Shown: piece after piece, positions 1 through 10,751 of the stretch
Position numbering within the stretch: position 1 is the first letter of the stretch
How the letters are laid out: every line of letters begins with the position of its first letter
Program-made: the position numbers and the translations under genes
Notes under the pieces: model-generated
The model's database searches: none
What the model was told of the DNA's origin: nothing
Seen by the model: the letters and a program-made list of their open reading frames with translations, nothing else
Source of the DNA: Eledone cirrhosa
Taxonomy: Eukaryota
Assembly (NCBI GenBank): GCA_964016885.1
Contig: OZ024742.1
Coordinates: 291,586,001 to 291,650,000, forward strand
Direction: 5' to 3'
Length of the DNA: 64,000 bases

Positions 1-296
1 TTTTGCCGTGGCATCTCCACGACCACTTTGCAGTGGGAGGGTGTGGGGTCATATTGTCTATATGCTTCAGCTTGTACCCATGGGAGGTCAGGTACTCTGT
101 ATTACTGCGTGACGCCAGAGGTCACGGTCGTGTGTCATCGCCTTTGAGAGGTGTAATTGGGTAAGGTCGGCTTTTATCACCTCATCCCAGGTCTTGGAAG
201 GCATGGTCAGCCGACCAGACACTGCTCACAACAGGACAACCCATCTAACCCATGTTAGCATTGAAGAACGGACGTAAAACGGTGATGATGATGATA
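1..296. mobile_element. RTE LINE 3' fragment with 5' inversion (1-197 minus, 198-296 plus, ending in a (GAT)n tail)
   Basis: 1-197 matches 14995-15190 (minus-strand ORF end and 3'UTR). 198-296 matches the plus-sense terminus at 8662-8769 (aaggcatggtcagccgacc...ggacgtaaaacggtgatgatgat). Confidence 0.8.
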
Positions 297-409
297 TATA
301 TATTCATTTTACCCAAAATGCTTTTTGAACTCCCTCGCCATCAGAACAAAAACTTTCTGTTTCTTACCCTTCTCAATTTCCTCTCTTTTTCTATTTCTTC
401 ATTTATTTC

Positions 410-455
410 TCCCTTTATTTTCTGGTGAAGGACTAGCATCCAAAACATTGAGACT
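410..455 (+). ncRNA. Degenerate hammerhead motif in an old PLE pLTR-like fragment
   Basis: ctggtga-a-gga-ctagca-tcc-aaaac resembles CTGATGA-stem II-GAAAC with two core substitutions. Confidence 0.35.
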
Positions 456-1759
456 CTTTTCCTACTATATCTTTGTTGTACTGTATTGTATGCTTTGTTG
501 TTTTGCTTAAACATATATATATATCAGTGTGTGCATTGAAAAGGTAAAATCGCAACCACAAACAAGCTGCAATTCTGTGGTTTCAGCTTGTTTTCTTAAG
601 CATTCTCAGTTCTCAGGTGTACTGGTACATAGGGTTTCACAATAGTTTGGTCAGTTAAAATGTAAATTCTGGGGAGATGTATGGAATCGGGTCACTTGTT
701 CTAGCCAGTAGGCAATGGGATGGTGTTGGAGTCAAGCTGGTAGAATGGTGGATTTTAGTGAAAGATAGACTAAAGATTGGGAAAGTGGAGGTAAGAGGCA
801 GGGTTAATAAAGCAGAGGTTGAAAGAGGCAAGAAAAGAAGAGGGGAATTATATAATTGTGTGTATCTGTATATACATATGCAACTACTCACATGTACATG
901 GATACATACACATATGTGAACAGATAACACACACACACACACACACATAGAGCTGTACACAGCATTATATGAAGTCATATAAAGATACATAGCCATGCAC
1001 ATACATATGCATACACAAGCCTACCCCTAAGAAAATATGATCTTATACCCACAATCGTATATAAAGAAAATAAGCACCTATATAGCTTATACATCGTTAC
1101 AAGCATGCATACAAATCACATATAGATACACAAGTTTGATTATGTAACTATATAGATTATGAAATTCATAGAATTTATTTTAACAACCTCCGGCCATAAC
1201 TCATCCAATGAGATAACAAGTGTGCAGTTGATTGACTGCATGTTGCATTACAGAGTGCATACAAATAGTTAGTTAGTGAGTATTATTGCAGTGTTCTGCT
1301 ATTGATACATTGTATCGATCTCCTGGACGGAATTCCGTTTGATTGTAATATTCCACCTATAACAGTTATTAAAAGTGTTATATTCAGAGGACTGTGTAAT
1401 GTTGGCAGATTATTATGCAATCTTGGTAAATTACAACTCATGATCAGGGTACCGGTGCAACAACATATTAGTCTTTAGAATATATATAAAAATAAATGGA
1501 ATTGTGCATATCCTTATGTGTGTTTATAAATGATGAATTAATAGAAGGATCTAGGGTCATTGAGAGAGAAGTAGGGCTACTTGTGTGAAGGAGGTAGCCT
1601 AGTCCAGGTAATGGCTACCATGCAAGCTCAGGTGTTGAGTATTTCCTTGCTGTAGTAGTGGGTAAGTGTGGCTCTTTATCCTCTGGAGTCATGTGTTGGT
1701 TTGAAGCAAAGATATGATTTATGGATTTGGGACATGCATTTAGTTACTAGCTCCAATTT

Positions 1760-1870
1760 CTTGCTGATATATGCAACTATGCTTTGAGAGTGCTCACCTT
1801 CACTGTTAATCGGGTCATTTAGGTAGTACAAGTTAACAACTACTTCTATGGAGCTTTCTAAGGGTTGAAA
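1760..1870 (-). pseudogene. Old diverged RTE RT fragment
   Basis: ESSIEVVVNLYYLNDPINSEGEHSQSIVAYI resembles EGSIEIVDSFRYLGDKISSGGGCSESTVARV of the younger RTE copies in this window. Confidence 0.5.
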
Positions 1871-2448
1871 ATAATTTTTTTCTTCCATGTATGTGTATGT
1901 ACATAGGTATGGCTGTGTGATTAAGAAGCTTGCTTTGCTGCCACATGTTAGAGGTTCAATTTCACTCCAAGGGTTTTAAGAACAAGTGTTTTGGGAATGC
2001 TGGAACTGAAATGCCTTGACACAATTATGTCCAACTGATTTATCTCCCTTCATTCCAGTCATGGGCAAACTGCGAGCCACATGCAGCCGATTGGGCTTTC
2101 TAAATGGCATGCCTAATTTCAAAATTGCCTTGAATTTTTTAGTAGTATGGCCTGCCTTATGAAGAGCCACATCTTATGTGGCCCACTGCTTGAAAAAGGT
2201 TGCTCATACCTGCTTTATACCAATGTTCACTTTACATTTCATATTAGAGTGTGGCCCCAACATTACCACAATCTGATGACTGAAACCACTCTCAGAATAT
2301 ACACACACACACACACATATATATATATAGTATAAGTTTAAAATCTGTGACATAGTGTTTATCTAGTTCAATGTAGGGAATGAGAAAGAAGTACATTTTA
2401 ATCAATATTTCAGATAAACTGAAATTAAGTGACATAAAATTTCAATGT

Positions 2449-3130
2449 AGCAAACAGCACCACCACCACAACAGCAACACCATCACTACAACAACAACAA
2501 CAACACCACCACCACCACCATAGCAACAGCAACAACACCACCACCACCATAGCAACAGCAACACCACCACCACCACAACAGCAACAACACCACCACCATA
2601 GCAACAGCATCACCACCACAACAACAATACCACCACAACAGCAACAACAGCACCACAACAACAATACCACCACAACAGCAACACCACCACAGGAACAGCA
2701 GCACCACAGATCAGCAACAATAGCACCACAGCACTACCACAACAGGAACACCACCACAGCAACAACAGCAACACCACCACAGCAACAAGAGCACAGCAGC
2801 AACAATACCACCATCACCACAGCAACAACACCACCATCACCACAAAAACCAACACCACCACAACAGCAGTAGCACCACCACAGCAACAAACAATAACAAC
2901 AACACCACCACAACAATAACAGCAGCAATGAACAGCACCAACAAAAGCAGTTACCAACAGCACCACAGCAACAGGACCAACAACAACTGCAGCACCACCA
3001 CTACCACCAACAACAACAACCACCACAGCAGCACCACAACAATAATACTATCACCACCACAATAACAACAGCACCATACCAGCAATAACAGCAATAACAA
3101 CTACAACACCACTGCAGCCATTACAGCAGT
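2449..3130. repeat. Degenerate (CAA/CAC/CAG)n trinucleotide tract
   Basis: About 680 bp of caacaa/caccac/cagcaa units. Confidence 0.9.
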
Positions 3131-3641
3131 ATCATGCTAATTCATATATTATCATTATTTAACACCCTTTTCTCTGCCAGCAATGGTTGGACGAGTGTGT
3201 ACAGACCATGTCAGTACTTAACTGATGCCACTGGCTATTCAGCCCAACCAGTGGCCCCATCCTCGCTCACAGATGTTTCTGTGTTTTGCAGAGTGCACTG
3301 GGTACCTTTTATCGTGGCACCGGCACAAGAGATGGTGTGTTGTTCTTAACACAATCGAAGACACCTATTGGCCTTTTGTGTGGCAAGTTTTCTACAGTTG
3401 AATGCCTTTTCTAACACCATCCACTTCTTAGCAAGGTACACTGAGTGTGCGCGCACACATATATAGATATATAAACCCATGCTAGCATGGAAGATGGACA
3501 TTAAACGATGATGATAATATATATAGTTCAAGGAAATGACAAAACAGATACAAAATGTCTTATTAGTTTCACTCTTCACATGGAAAAGGGGAAAGAAAGT
3601 TGGATGTCTTGGGCTTAGCCCTTCTTCAGGAGTACAATATA

Positions 3642-3957
3642 TATCATCATCATCATTTTATGTCCGCTTTTCCCTGCTTGCAAGGGTGGGACGGGAACTG
3701 ATTCTGGCTTGATTTCTACAGCTTGATGCCCTTCCTAACACCAACCTCATTTTTTGCCGTGGCACCAACACAAGCACTTTGCAGTGGAATGATAGGGATC
3801 CCAGTCCCCATTCTCATTTCTACAGCTGAGTAAACTGGAGCAATGTGAAATAAAGTGTCTTGCTCAAGGAAACAACAAATCACCCGGTCTGAGAATTGAA
3901 CTCATAACCTTTCGATTGCAAGCCCAATGCTCTAACCACTAAGCCATGTGCCTCCAT
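3642..3957 (-). mobile_element. tRNA-derived SINE with RTE-type 3' tail
   Basis: Reverse complement of the 4114-4461 SINE, with A/B boxes and a catcatcat tail at the left end. Confidence 0.85.
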
Positions 3958-4009
<52 letters not shown>

Positions 4010-4113
4010 ATATATATATATATGATATATATATATATATGATATATATATATATATATATATGATATATATATATATATGATATATATATGATATATAT
4101 ATGATATATATAT

Positions 4114-4461
4114 GTGGAGGCACATGGCTTAGTGGTTAGAGCATTGGCCTTGCAATCAAAAGGTTGTGAGTTCAATTCTCAGACCGGGTGGTGTGTTGTT
4201 TCCTTGAGCAAGACACTTTATTTCACATTGCTCCAGTTTACTCAGCTGTAGAAATGAGATGATAAGACTGGGGTCCCTATCATTCCACTGCAAAGTGGTC
4301 GTGCAGGTGCCACGGCAAAAAAAAGCACCCAGCACTCACTGTAAATGAGGTTGGTGTTAGGAAGGGCATCCAGCTGTAGAAATCAAGCCAGAATCAGTTC
4401 CCGTCCCACCCTTGCAAGCAGGGAAAAAGCGGACGTAAAATATGATGATGATGATGATGAT
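4114..4461 (+). mobile_element. tRNA-derived SINE with RTE-type 3' tail
   Basis: A box TGGCTTAGTGG, B box GAGTTCAATTC, central gtttccttgagcaagacactttatttcac. The 3' segment ggttggtgttaggaagggcatccagctgtagaaa is shared with the RTE 3'UTRs, followed by a (GAT)n tail. Confidence 0.9.
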
Positions 4462-4585
4462 GTGAAGGCGTGTGGTTGAGTGGTTAGAGAATTGGATTCA
4501 CAATCGTAAGGTTGTGAGTTCGATTCCTGGAACAGGTGATGCGTTATATCCTTGAGCAAGACACTTTATTACACGTTGCTCCTTC
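4462..4585 (+). mobile_element. Truncated tRNA-SINE head
   Basis: gtggttgagtggttagag...gagttcgattcc...ccttgagcaagacacttta, homologous to the adjacent SINE head. Confidence 0.7.
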
Positions 4586-4751
4586 TACCTGGAGTTGTGA
4601 CCGATAGATAGTATTAGCAATTGGAAAGACCAACGGAAACATTGTTCCCTCGGTCCGATTTGACGAAAGTCGATCGTTCCTGTATTTATATATATATATA
4701 TTATATATATATATATATATTATATATATATATATATATTATATATATATA

Positions 4752-4786
<35 letters not shown>

Positions 4787-4937
4787 GGAGCGAGTAAGAC
4801 CCCGACGGCTGAGCTCAAGCCGTTTCGACGGCTAATTCATTACCCACTATTACCCACTCTACTACCCTAAGTATTGAGTACTTTGGTGCGTTATGGTCCA
4901 CCTGGTTTCTTATCACATTTCCTTCGTTATATATATA

Positions 4938-6246
4938 TATCATCATCATCATCATCAACGTTTAACGTCCGTGTTCCACGCTTGCATGGGTTTGGACGCG
5001 GGTAATCCCACTTGAGGCAAGAGTGATTGTCTTGCTCGCATAGGACTGTCTGGCAGGTTTTCTACAGTTGGATGCCCTTCCTAACACCAACCACATTTAC
5101 AGTGTGGGTCTGGGAGGTTTTTACCGTGTTGCCTACACGGCCACATTACAGCGTGGACTGTGTGTTTTTTTGTCGTGACACCTACACGATCTCATTTGTT
5201 TCTGCCTGGATGGTGTGGCACCAACACAACTTTACATAGAACGGGGTGGCGTGGATGGGGTGGGGGTGGTGGGACGGGGGGGGGGGATTTTGTTAGAGAT
5301 GGCTACTGGTTGTAGTAGGTTTTACTATGTATTTAGGTAAGGCGGGTCTTCTCTGTTACTGAGTACCGCCAAAGGTCTCGGTCCAGTGACATTGTCTTGG
5401 AGAGGTGTAAGTGTGTGAGGTCAGAGTTTATCAGCTCGTCCCAGGTTTTTCTAGGTCTGCCTATTCCGTGGCTACCGTCTATCTTTATTGCCCTGCACTT
5501 TGTTATACAGCTATCGACTTTCATGCGCATCACGTGTCCATACCAACGTAGCCTTCCCTCGAGTAAACAACATCTGATCCCTCTTATTTCTAATTTTTTC
5601 CTTAGTTCGTTTATGCTTTGCCGTTCACGTATATTACTGTTACACATCCAGCGGAGCATGCAAGCTTCGTTCCTCTCTAGTCTGCGTATATCCTCTGCAC
5701 ACAATGCCCAGGTCTCACTGCCATGCAGCATTGCTGTTCGTATGCAGGCATCGTACAACCTGCCTTTCATTTTTAGGGAGAACCCTTTAGCGGCTAATAG
5801 TGGTATAAGCTCTCTGAACTTTTTCCAACCAGTTCTGACTCTAGCTACTGTACTTTCAGAGCACCCTCCCCCACTGCTGATTTTATCACCCAGGTAACGG
5901 AAGCTGTCCACTATTTCTATAGAACCCTCTGCGCAATTGAAAGAGCTAGTATTTCGTGGGCACTTGCTGCTACTTATTGCACCAGAGCACCGGCCACATG
6001 TAAAATCTATGTTCTTAGTTAGCTTACCTGTGATCCCACTACATCTTTTATGCACCCATACTTTGCATTTAGGACATAAAATGGAGTTTCTACCTACGCC
6101 TTTCCTACACACCGAGCACGACCATTTCCCTGAAGGGACCGCCGCCTTATTTTCTTTCCTACAAACTAGAACTTTAGTCTTAGCCAGGTTAATTTTAAGG
6201 CCTTTTGATTCTAGGCCGTGCTTCCATGTTTGGAATTTCTTCTCTA
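4938..6246 (-). mobile_element. 5'-truncated RTE LINE (PHD finger, RT C-terminus, 3'UTR, (GAT)n tail)
   Basis: ORF 5333-6112 has FRYLGD, MLHGSETW, RLRWYGHVMR and GRPRKTW, all typical of RTE ORFs. Nearly identical to 12935-13650 and 29074-29740. Confidence 0.92.
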
Positions 6247-6271
6247 ATATATATATATGATATATATATAT

Positions 6272-7600
6272 ATTTATTAAAATAACAGATTAAAGTTTAA
6301 GCAAAGAATCGCTGCTTTCACTCTTAACGGGATCTTCTGAAACTAACAAAGTCAATCTGTAAACGCAGTAGCGGATATTTCATAAAACGTTGCAACCGGA
6401 GGAAGACAGGAAGACGATACTTTGGTTCGTGGAAACGTTCGCTGGCAAAAAACGGGAAAAAACAAATAAGATACGTCATTAATAGGAGCGGTGAAAAACA
6501 ATTACGCGCAAAGACACAACCACATTTATGGTATAAAAGAGGTCGTAGACTAATGTTCTCTTAGGTGGTTCATAGAGACGTTCTCTGGCAATAAACAAAA
6601 AAAACGAAGATAATACGTCATATGTGGAGCGTGGAGAACAATAGCACGCAAAGACAAAACCACGTAAATGGTATAGCAGAAGTCGTAGACTAAAATTCTA
6701 ACTATGAGACCGAATGAATCTCCGCTACAGAGTTAAGAACAAAGTAAATAAATACAATACAGAAGTAATAGAAATAAATAAATACATACGCGCGAACAAA
6801 AACGTACATACACAAGCATACGCAAAACACTTACCATAGGTATACAAAACCACGCACATATAAATATGTGTGTGTGTGAATGCGTGTATACAAATAAATA
6901 AATAATTATATAAACGTATATAAATAAATAAATACGTATATAACAAGCGCACACACATACATACATGTAAATACACGAATGTTCGGAGACGTAAGTCAAC
7001 CAAAACATGAAGTACACATATACACACACCCTACATACGTACGAACCTGCATACTCACACAGACGCAAAACTCCCGTATACACATAGCCAAACCATATGT
7101 ACCAGAATAAAAAAAATAAAAAAATTATACGCCATAACATAAACAATCAAATATACGTACGAGAAGGTATACGTACCTTCACGAAACATCATTTCATCAT
7201 CATTTCATTTTACGTCCACTTTTCCCTGCTTGCAAGGGTGGGACGGGAACTGATTCTGGCTTGATTTCTACAGCTGGATGTCCTTCCTAACACCAACCTC
7301 ATTTACAGTGAGTGCTGGGTGCTTTTTTGCCGTGGCACCTCCACGACCACTTTGCAGTGGAATGATAGGGACTCAAGTCCATATCATCTCATTTCTACAG
7401 CTGAGTAAACTGGAGCAATGTGAAATAAAGTGTCTTGCTCAAGGAAACAACACATCACCCGGTCTGAGAATTGAACTCACAACCTTTCGATTGCAAGGCC
7501 AATGCTCTAACCACTAAGCCATGTGCCTCCACGAAACATATGGGTAATATATACTTACCTATGCAAATAAGTAATGGTATAAACAAAACATATACTTAGC
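6272..7600 (-). mobile_element. PLE-like 3'UTR/pLTR remnant with variant hammerhead, interrupted by a SINE
   Basis: 6272-6525 is the reverse complement of 13646-13899. HHR-like fold at 6294-6344, an internal ~140-bp imperfect duplication, and a 3' end running into (TA)n. Confidence 0.55.
7190..7532 (-). mobile_element. tRNA-derived SINE with 10-bp target-site duplication (TSD)
   Basis: Same family as 4114-4461. TSD cacgaaacat at 7180-7189 and 7530-7539. Confidence 0.9.
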
Positions 7601-7882
7601 TCCCACAATTAAGTTAAAAATGTACATCTACATATGCATACTGAACATTTGCATACTGAACATGTACATTTTTAACTTAATTGTTTAAGCGTCAGTCATA
7701 CAAAAGTGAGTTACAAACGAAACGAAATTTAATTTTGTTTCGTTATTTGTTTTTATCGTCTCCGCTGAACCGGTGCGTACTCACACTCTATGCAAATTAG
7801 TCTGCCCACTACTAATTTTCATAGAAAAAGCATATAACGATTTGTGCTTTTACAATTCTCCAGAAAAGCCGGTAGATAGGTA

Positions 7883-7927
7883 AATATTGCTGATGAGTTG
7901 TAACAACAACGAAACTAGTTCAATATT
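7883..7927 (+). ncRNA. Type I hammerhead ribozyme (family A)
   Basis: aatattg-CTGATGA-gttgt-aaca-acaac-GAAA-ctag-TT-caatatt. Palindromic stem III ACTAGT; extended stem I ttctccagaaa/tttctggagaa. Confidence 0.9.
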
Positions 7928-8350
7928 CCTTGTCTGGCTTTCTGGAGAATAGGGGGAAGGTGTTCCCCCGAAAAACCAGTATGACTCTAAAAACCGGTTT
8001 GTCTGTGTGTTTACATACAGAATAGCTGGGCCGCTCACTGTAAAGCGACCAGTGAAAGACTTGGTACACCTACATATGTATACGTGTGTGTATTCATATA
8101 CACACTAGTATTTCAGTATGCATATGTAGATGTACATTTTTAACTTAATTGTTTAAGCGTCAGTCATACAAAAGTGAGTTACAAATGAAACGAAATTTAA
8201 TTTCGTTTCGTTATTTGTTTTTATCGTCTCCGCTGAACCGGTGCGTACTCACACTCTATGCAAATTAGTCTGCCCACTACTAATTTTCATAGAAAAAGCA
8301 TATAACGATATGTGCTTTTACAATTCTCCAGAAAGGCCGGTAGATAGGTA

Positions 8351-8395
8351 AATATTGCTGATGAGTTGTAACAACAACGAAACTAGTTCAATATT
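8351..8395 (+). ncRNA. Type I hammerhead ribozyme (family A, second copy)
   Basis: Identical core to 7883-7927. Confidence 0.9.
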
Positions 8396-8492
8396 CCTTG
8401 TCTGGCTTTCTGGAGAATAGGGGGAAGGTGTTCCCCCGAAAAACCAGTATGACTCTAAAAACCGGTTTGTCTGTGTGTTTACATACAGAATA

Positions 8493-8769
8493 CCACCGCA
8501 AGGTGGTCGTGGAGGTGCCACGGCAAAAAAGCACCCAGCCCACACTGTAAAGTGGACGTGTAGGCGCCACGAAAAAGCACCCAGCACTCACTGTAAATGA
8601 AGTTGGTGTTAGGAAGTGCATCCAGCTGTAGAAACCAAGCCAGATCAGTTCCTGTATGAGCAAGGCATGGTCAGCCGACCAGACACTGCCCACAACAGGA
8701 CAACCCGTCTAACCCATGCTAGCGTGGAAGAACGGACGTAAAACGGTGATGATGATGATGATGATGATG
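8493..8769 (+). mobile_element. RTE 3'UTR fragment inserted into a retrozyme unit
   Basis: Reverse complement of 14761-15030, with a (GAT)n tail and TSD gaata at 8488-8492 and 8769-8773. Confidence 0.85.
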
Positions 8770-9221
8770 AATAGCTGGGCCGCTCACTGTAAAGCGACCA
8801 GTGAAAGACTTGGTACACCTACATATGTATACGTGTGTGTATTCATATACACACTAGTATTTCAGTATGCATATGTAGATGTACATTTTTAACTTAATTG
8901 TTTAAGCGTCAGTCATACAAAAGTGAGTTACAAACGAAACAAAATTTAATTTCGTTTCGTTATTTGTTTTTATATATATATATATATATATATATGATAT
9001 ATATATATGATATATATAATATATATATATGATATATATATATGATATATATAATATATATATATGATATATATAATATATATATATGATATATATGATA
9101 TATATATATGATATATATAATATATAATATATGATATATATGATATATCATATATATATATTATATATATCATATATATATATTATATATATCATATATA
9201 TATATATAATATATATATATG

Positions 9222-9265
<44 letters not shown>

Positions 9266-9282
9266 ATATATATATATATATA

Positions 9283-9324
<42 letters not shown>

Positions 9325-9421
9325 TATATGATATATATAATATATATATATGATATATATAATATATATATATGATATATATAATATATATATATGATAT
9401 ATATATATAGATATATATATA

Positions 9422-9504
<83 letters not shown>

Positions 9505-10103
9505 TTATTCAGGTTTGAAGTTCTCCACTGTATAGAGCTGGTCTATTCCGTATGGTCAATCGTAATGCAATAATATAGAGAGTACTCAACGTAAAGCAGT
9601 TCAACCGTCTTTGTTTTTGTAGTTGGTGGTGCTATTACGGAGTTAAATATTATAATGAAATGACAGGAGGCTGGATTTGTGTAAATCCTTGAAAGGTTTA
9701 TTTATTATGATCATTTCAATGACCGGGTTCCGTATGAATCCGGTGATATCATCTGGTATTCGAAATATAATACGTGAATGTAATAGATAAAATCCATGGG
9801 GCTGAAAATCGAGGACCCGAGTGCGACCGCTATTCTGTTCCTTCAACCTCAGCCGGTCGCCCTGGAGTTACGTGGCTAAAGTTTATAGTATGCTACTACC
9901 GGTCGTAGCATACTATAAACTTTAGCCACGGGTCCTCGATTTTCAGCCCCATGGATTTTATCTATTACATTCACGTATTATATTTCGAATACCTGATGAT
10001 ATCACCAGATTCATACGGAACCCTGTCATTGAAATGATCATAGTATAATAAACCTTTCAAGGATTTACACAAATCCAGCCTCCTGTCATTTCATTATAAT
10101 ATT
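9505..10103. mobile_element. Inverted pair of PLE-type pLTR fragments with hammerheads and a central hairpin
   Basis: 9647-9818 and 9930-10102 are inverted copies. Central hairpin cgtggctaaagtttatagtatgctac...gtagcatactataaactttagccacg at 9871-9930. Flanked by (TA)n. Confidence 0.7.
9989..10046 (+). ncRNA. Type I hammerhead ribozyme
   Basis: atac-CTGATGA-[stem II]-GAAA-tgatca-TA-gtat with palindromic stem III ATGATCAT. The inverted copy at ~9700-9760 reads CAGATGA. Confidence 0.75.
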
Positions 10104-10264
10104 ATATATATAATATATATATATGATATATATATATATATATATGATATATATATATATATATATATATATGATATATATATATGATATATATATATAT
10201 ATATATGATATATATATATATATATATGATATATATATATATATATATATGATATATATATATA

Positions 10265-10303
<39 letters not shown>

Positions 10304-10751
10304 ATATATATATATGATATATATATATATATATATGATATACATATATATATATATGATATACATATATATATATATATATGATATACATATATATATA
10401 TATATGACATATATATATCATATATATCATATATATATATATATATATATCATATATATATATATATCATATATATGTATATATATATCATATATATCAT
10501 ATATATGTATATATATATCATATATATATATCATATATATGTATATATATATCATATATATATATATATATATGATATATATATATATCATATATATATA
10601 TATATCATATATATATATCATATATATATATATCATATATATATATATATATGATATATATATATATCATATATATATATATATATATCATATATATATA
10701 TCATATATATATATATATATACATATATATGATATATATGATATATAGATA

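Larger units (their letters stand above)
7605..8972 (+). mobile_element. Retrozyme-like tandem array, family A (468-bp unit, ~2.2 copies, short inverted 5' piece)
   Basis: Unit start tgtacattttt at 7663, 8131 and 8880 (the last offset by a 281-bp insertion). One HHR per full unit. 7605-7644 is an inverted copy of the unit junction. Ends ttatttgtttt-(TA)n. Confidence 0.85.

Noticed and set aside
545-620. Degenerate minus-strand hammerhead-like motif (ctgagaa-t-gctt..aagc-t-gaaac), and a similar one at ~3600-3625
   Set aside because: Core positions are mutated and stem I is not convincing; possibly decayed pLTRs.
1190-1750. Possible ancient PLE coding remnant on the minus strand (SIAEH-like peptide)
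   Set aside because: Too degraded to support by eye.
2425-3130. Cys/Val/Trp-rich or poly-Q/T ORFs
   Set aside because: Trinucleotide-repeat translation with no splice or domain context.
4114-4190. tRNA gene
   Set aside because: The A/B boxes continue into a SINE body and LINE-derived tail, and there are multiple diverged copies.
4787-4830. Hammerhead 3' half on the minus strand (cGAAAC-ggct..agcc-GTC-gggg)
   Set aside because: No CTGANGA or stem I partner is present; at most a truncated pLTR fragment.
5397-5897. Antisense ORFs over RTE and PLE coding regions (e.g. 5397-5897, 38763-39140)
   Set aside because: Shadow ORFs of the opposite-strand retroelement frame.
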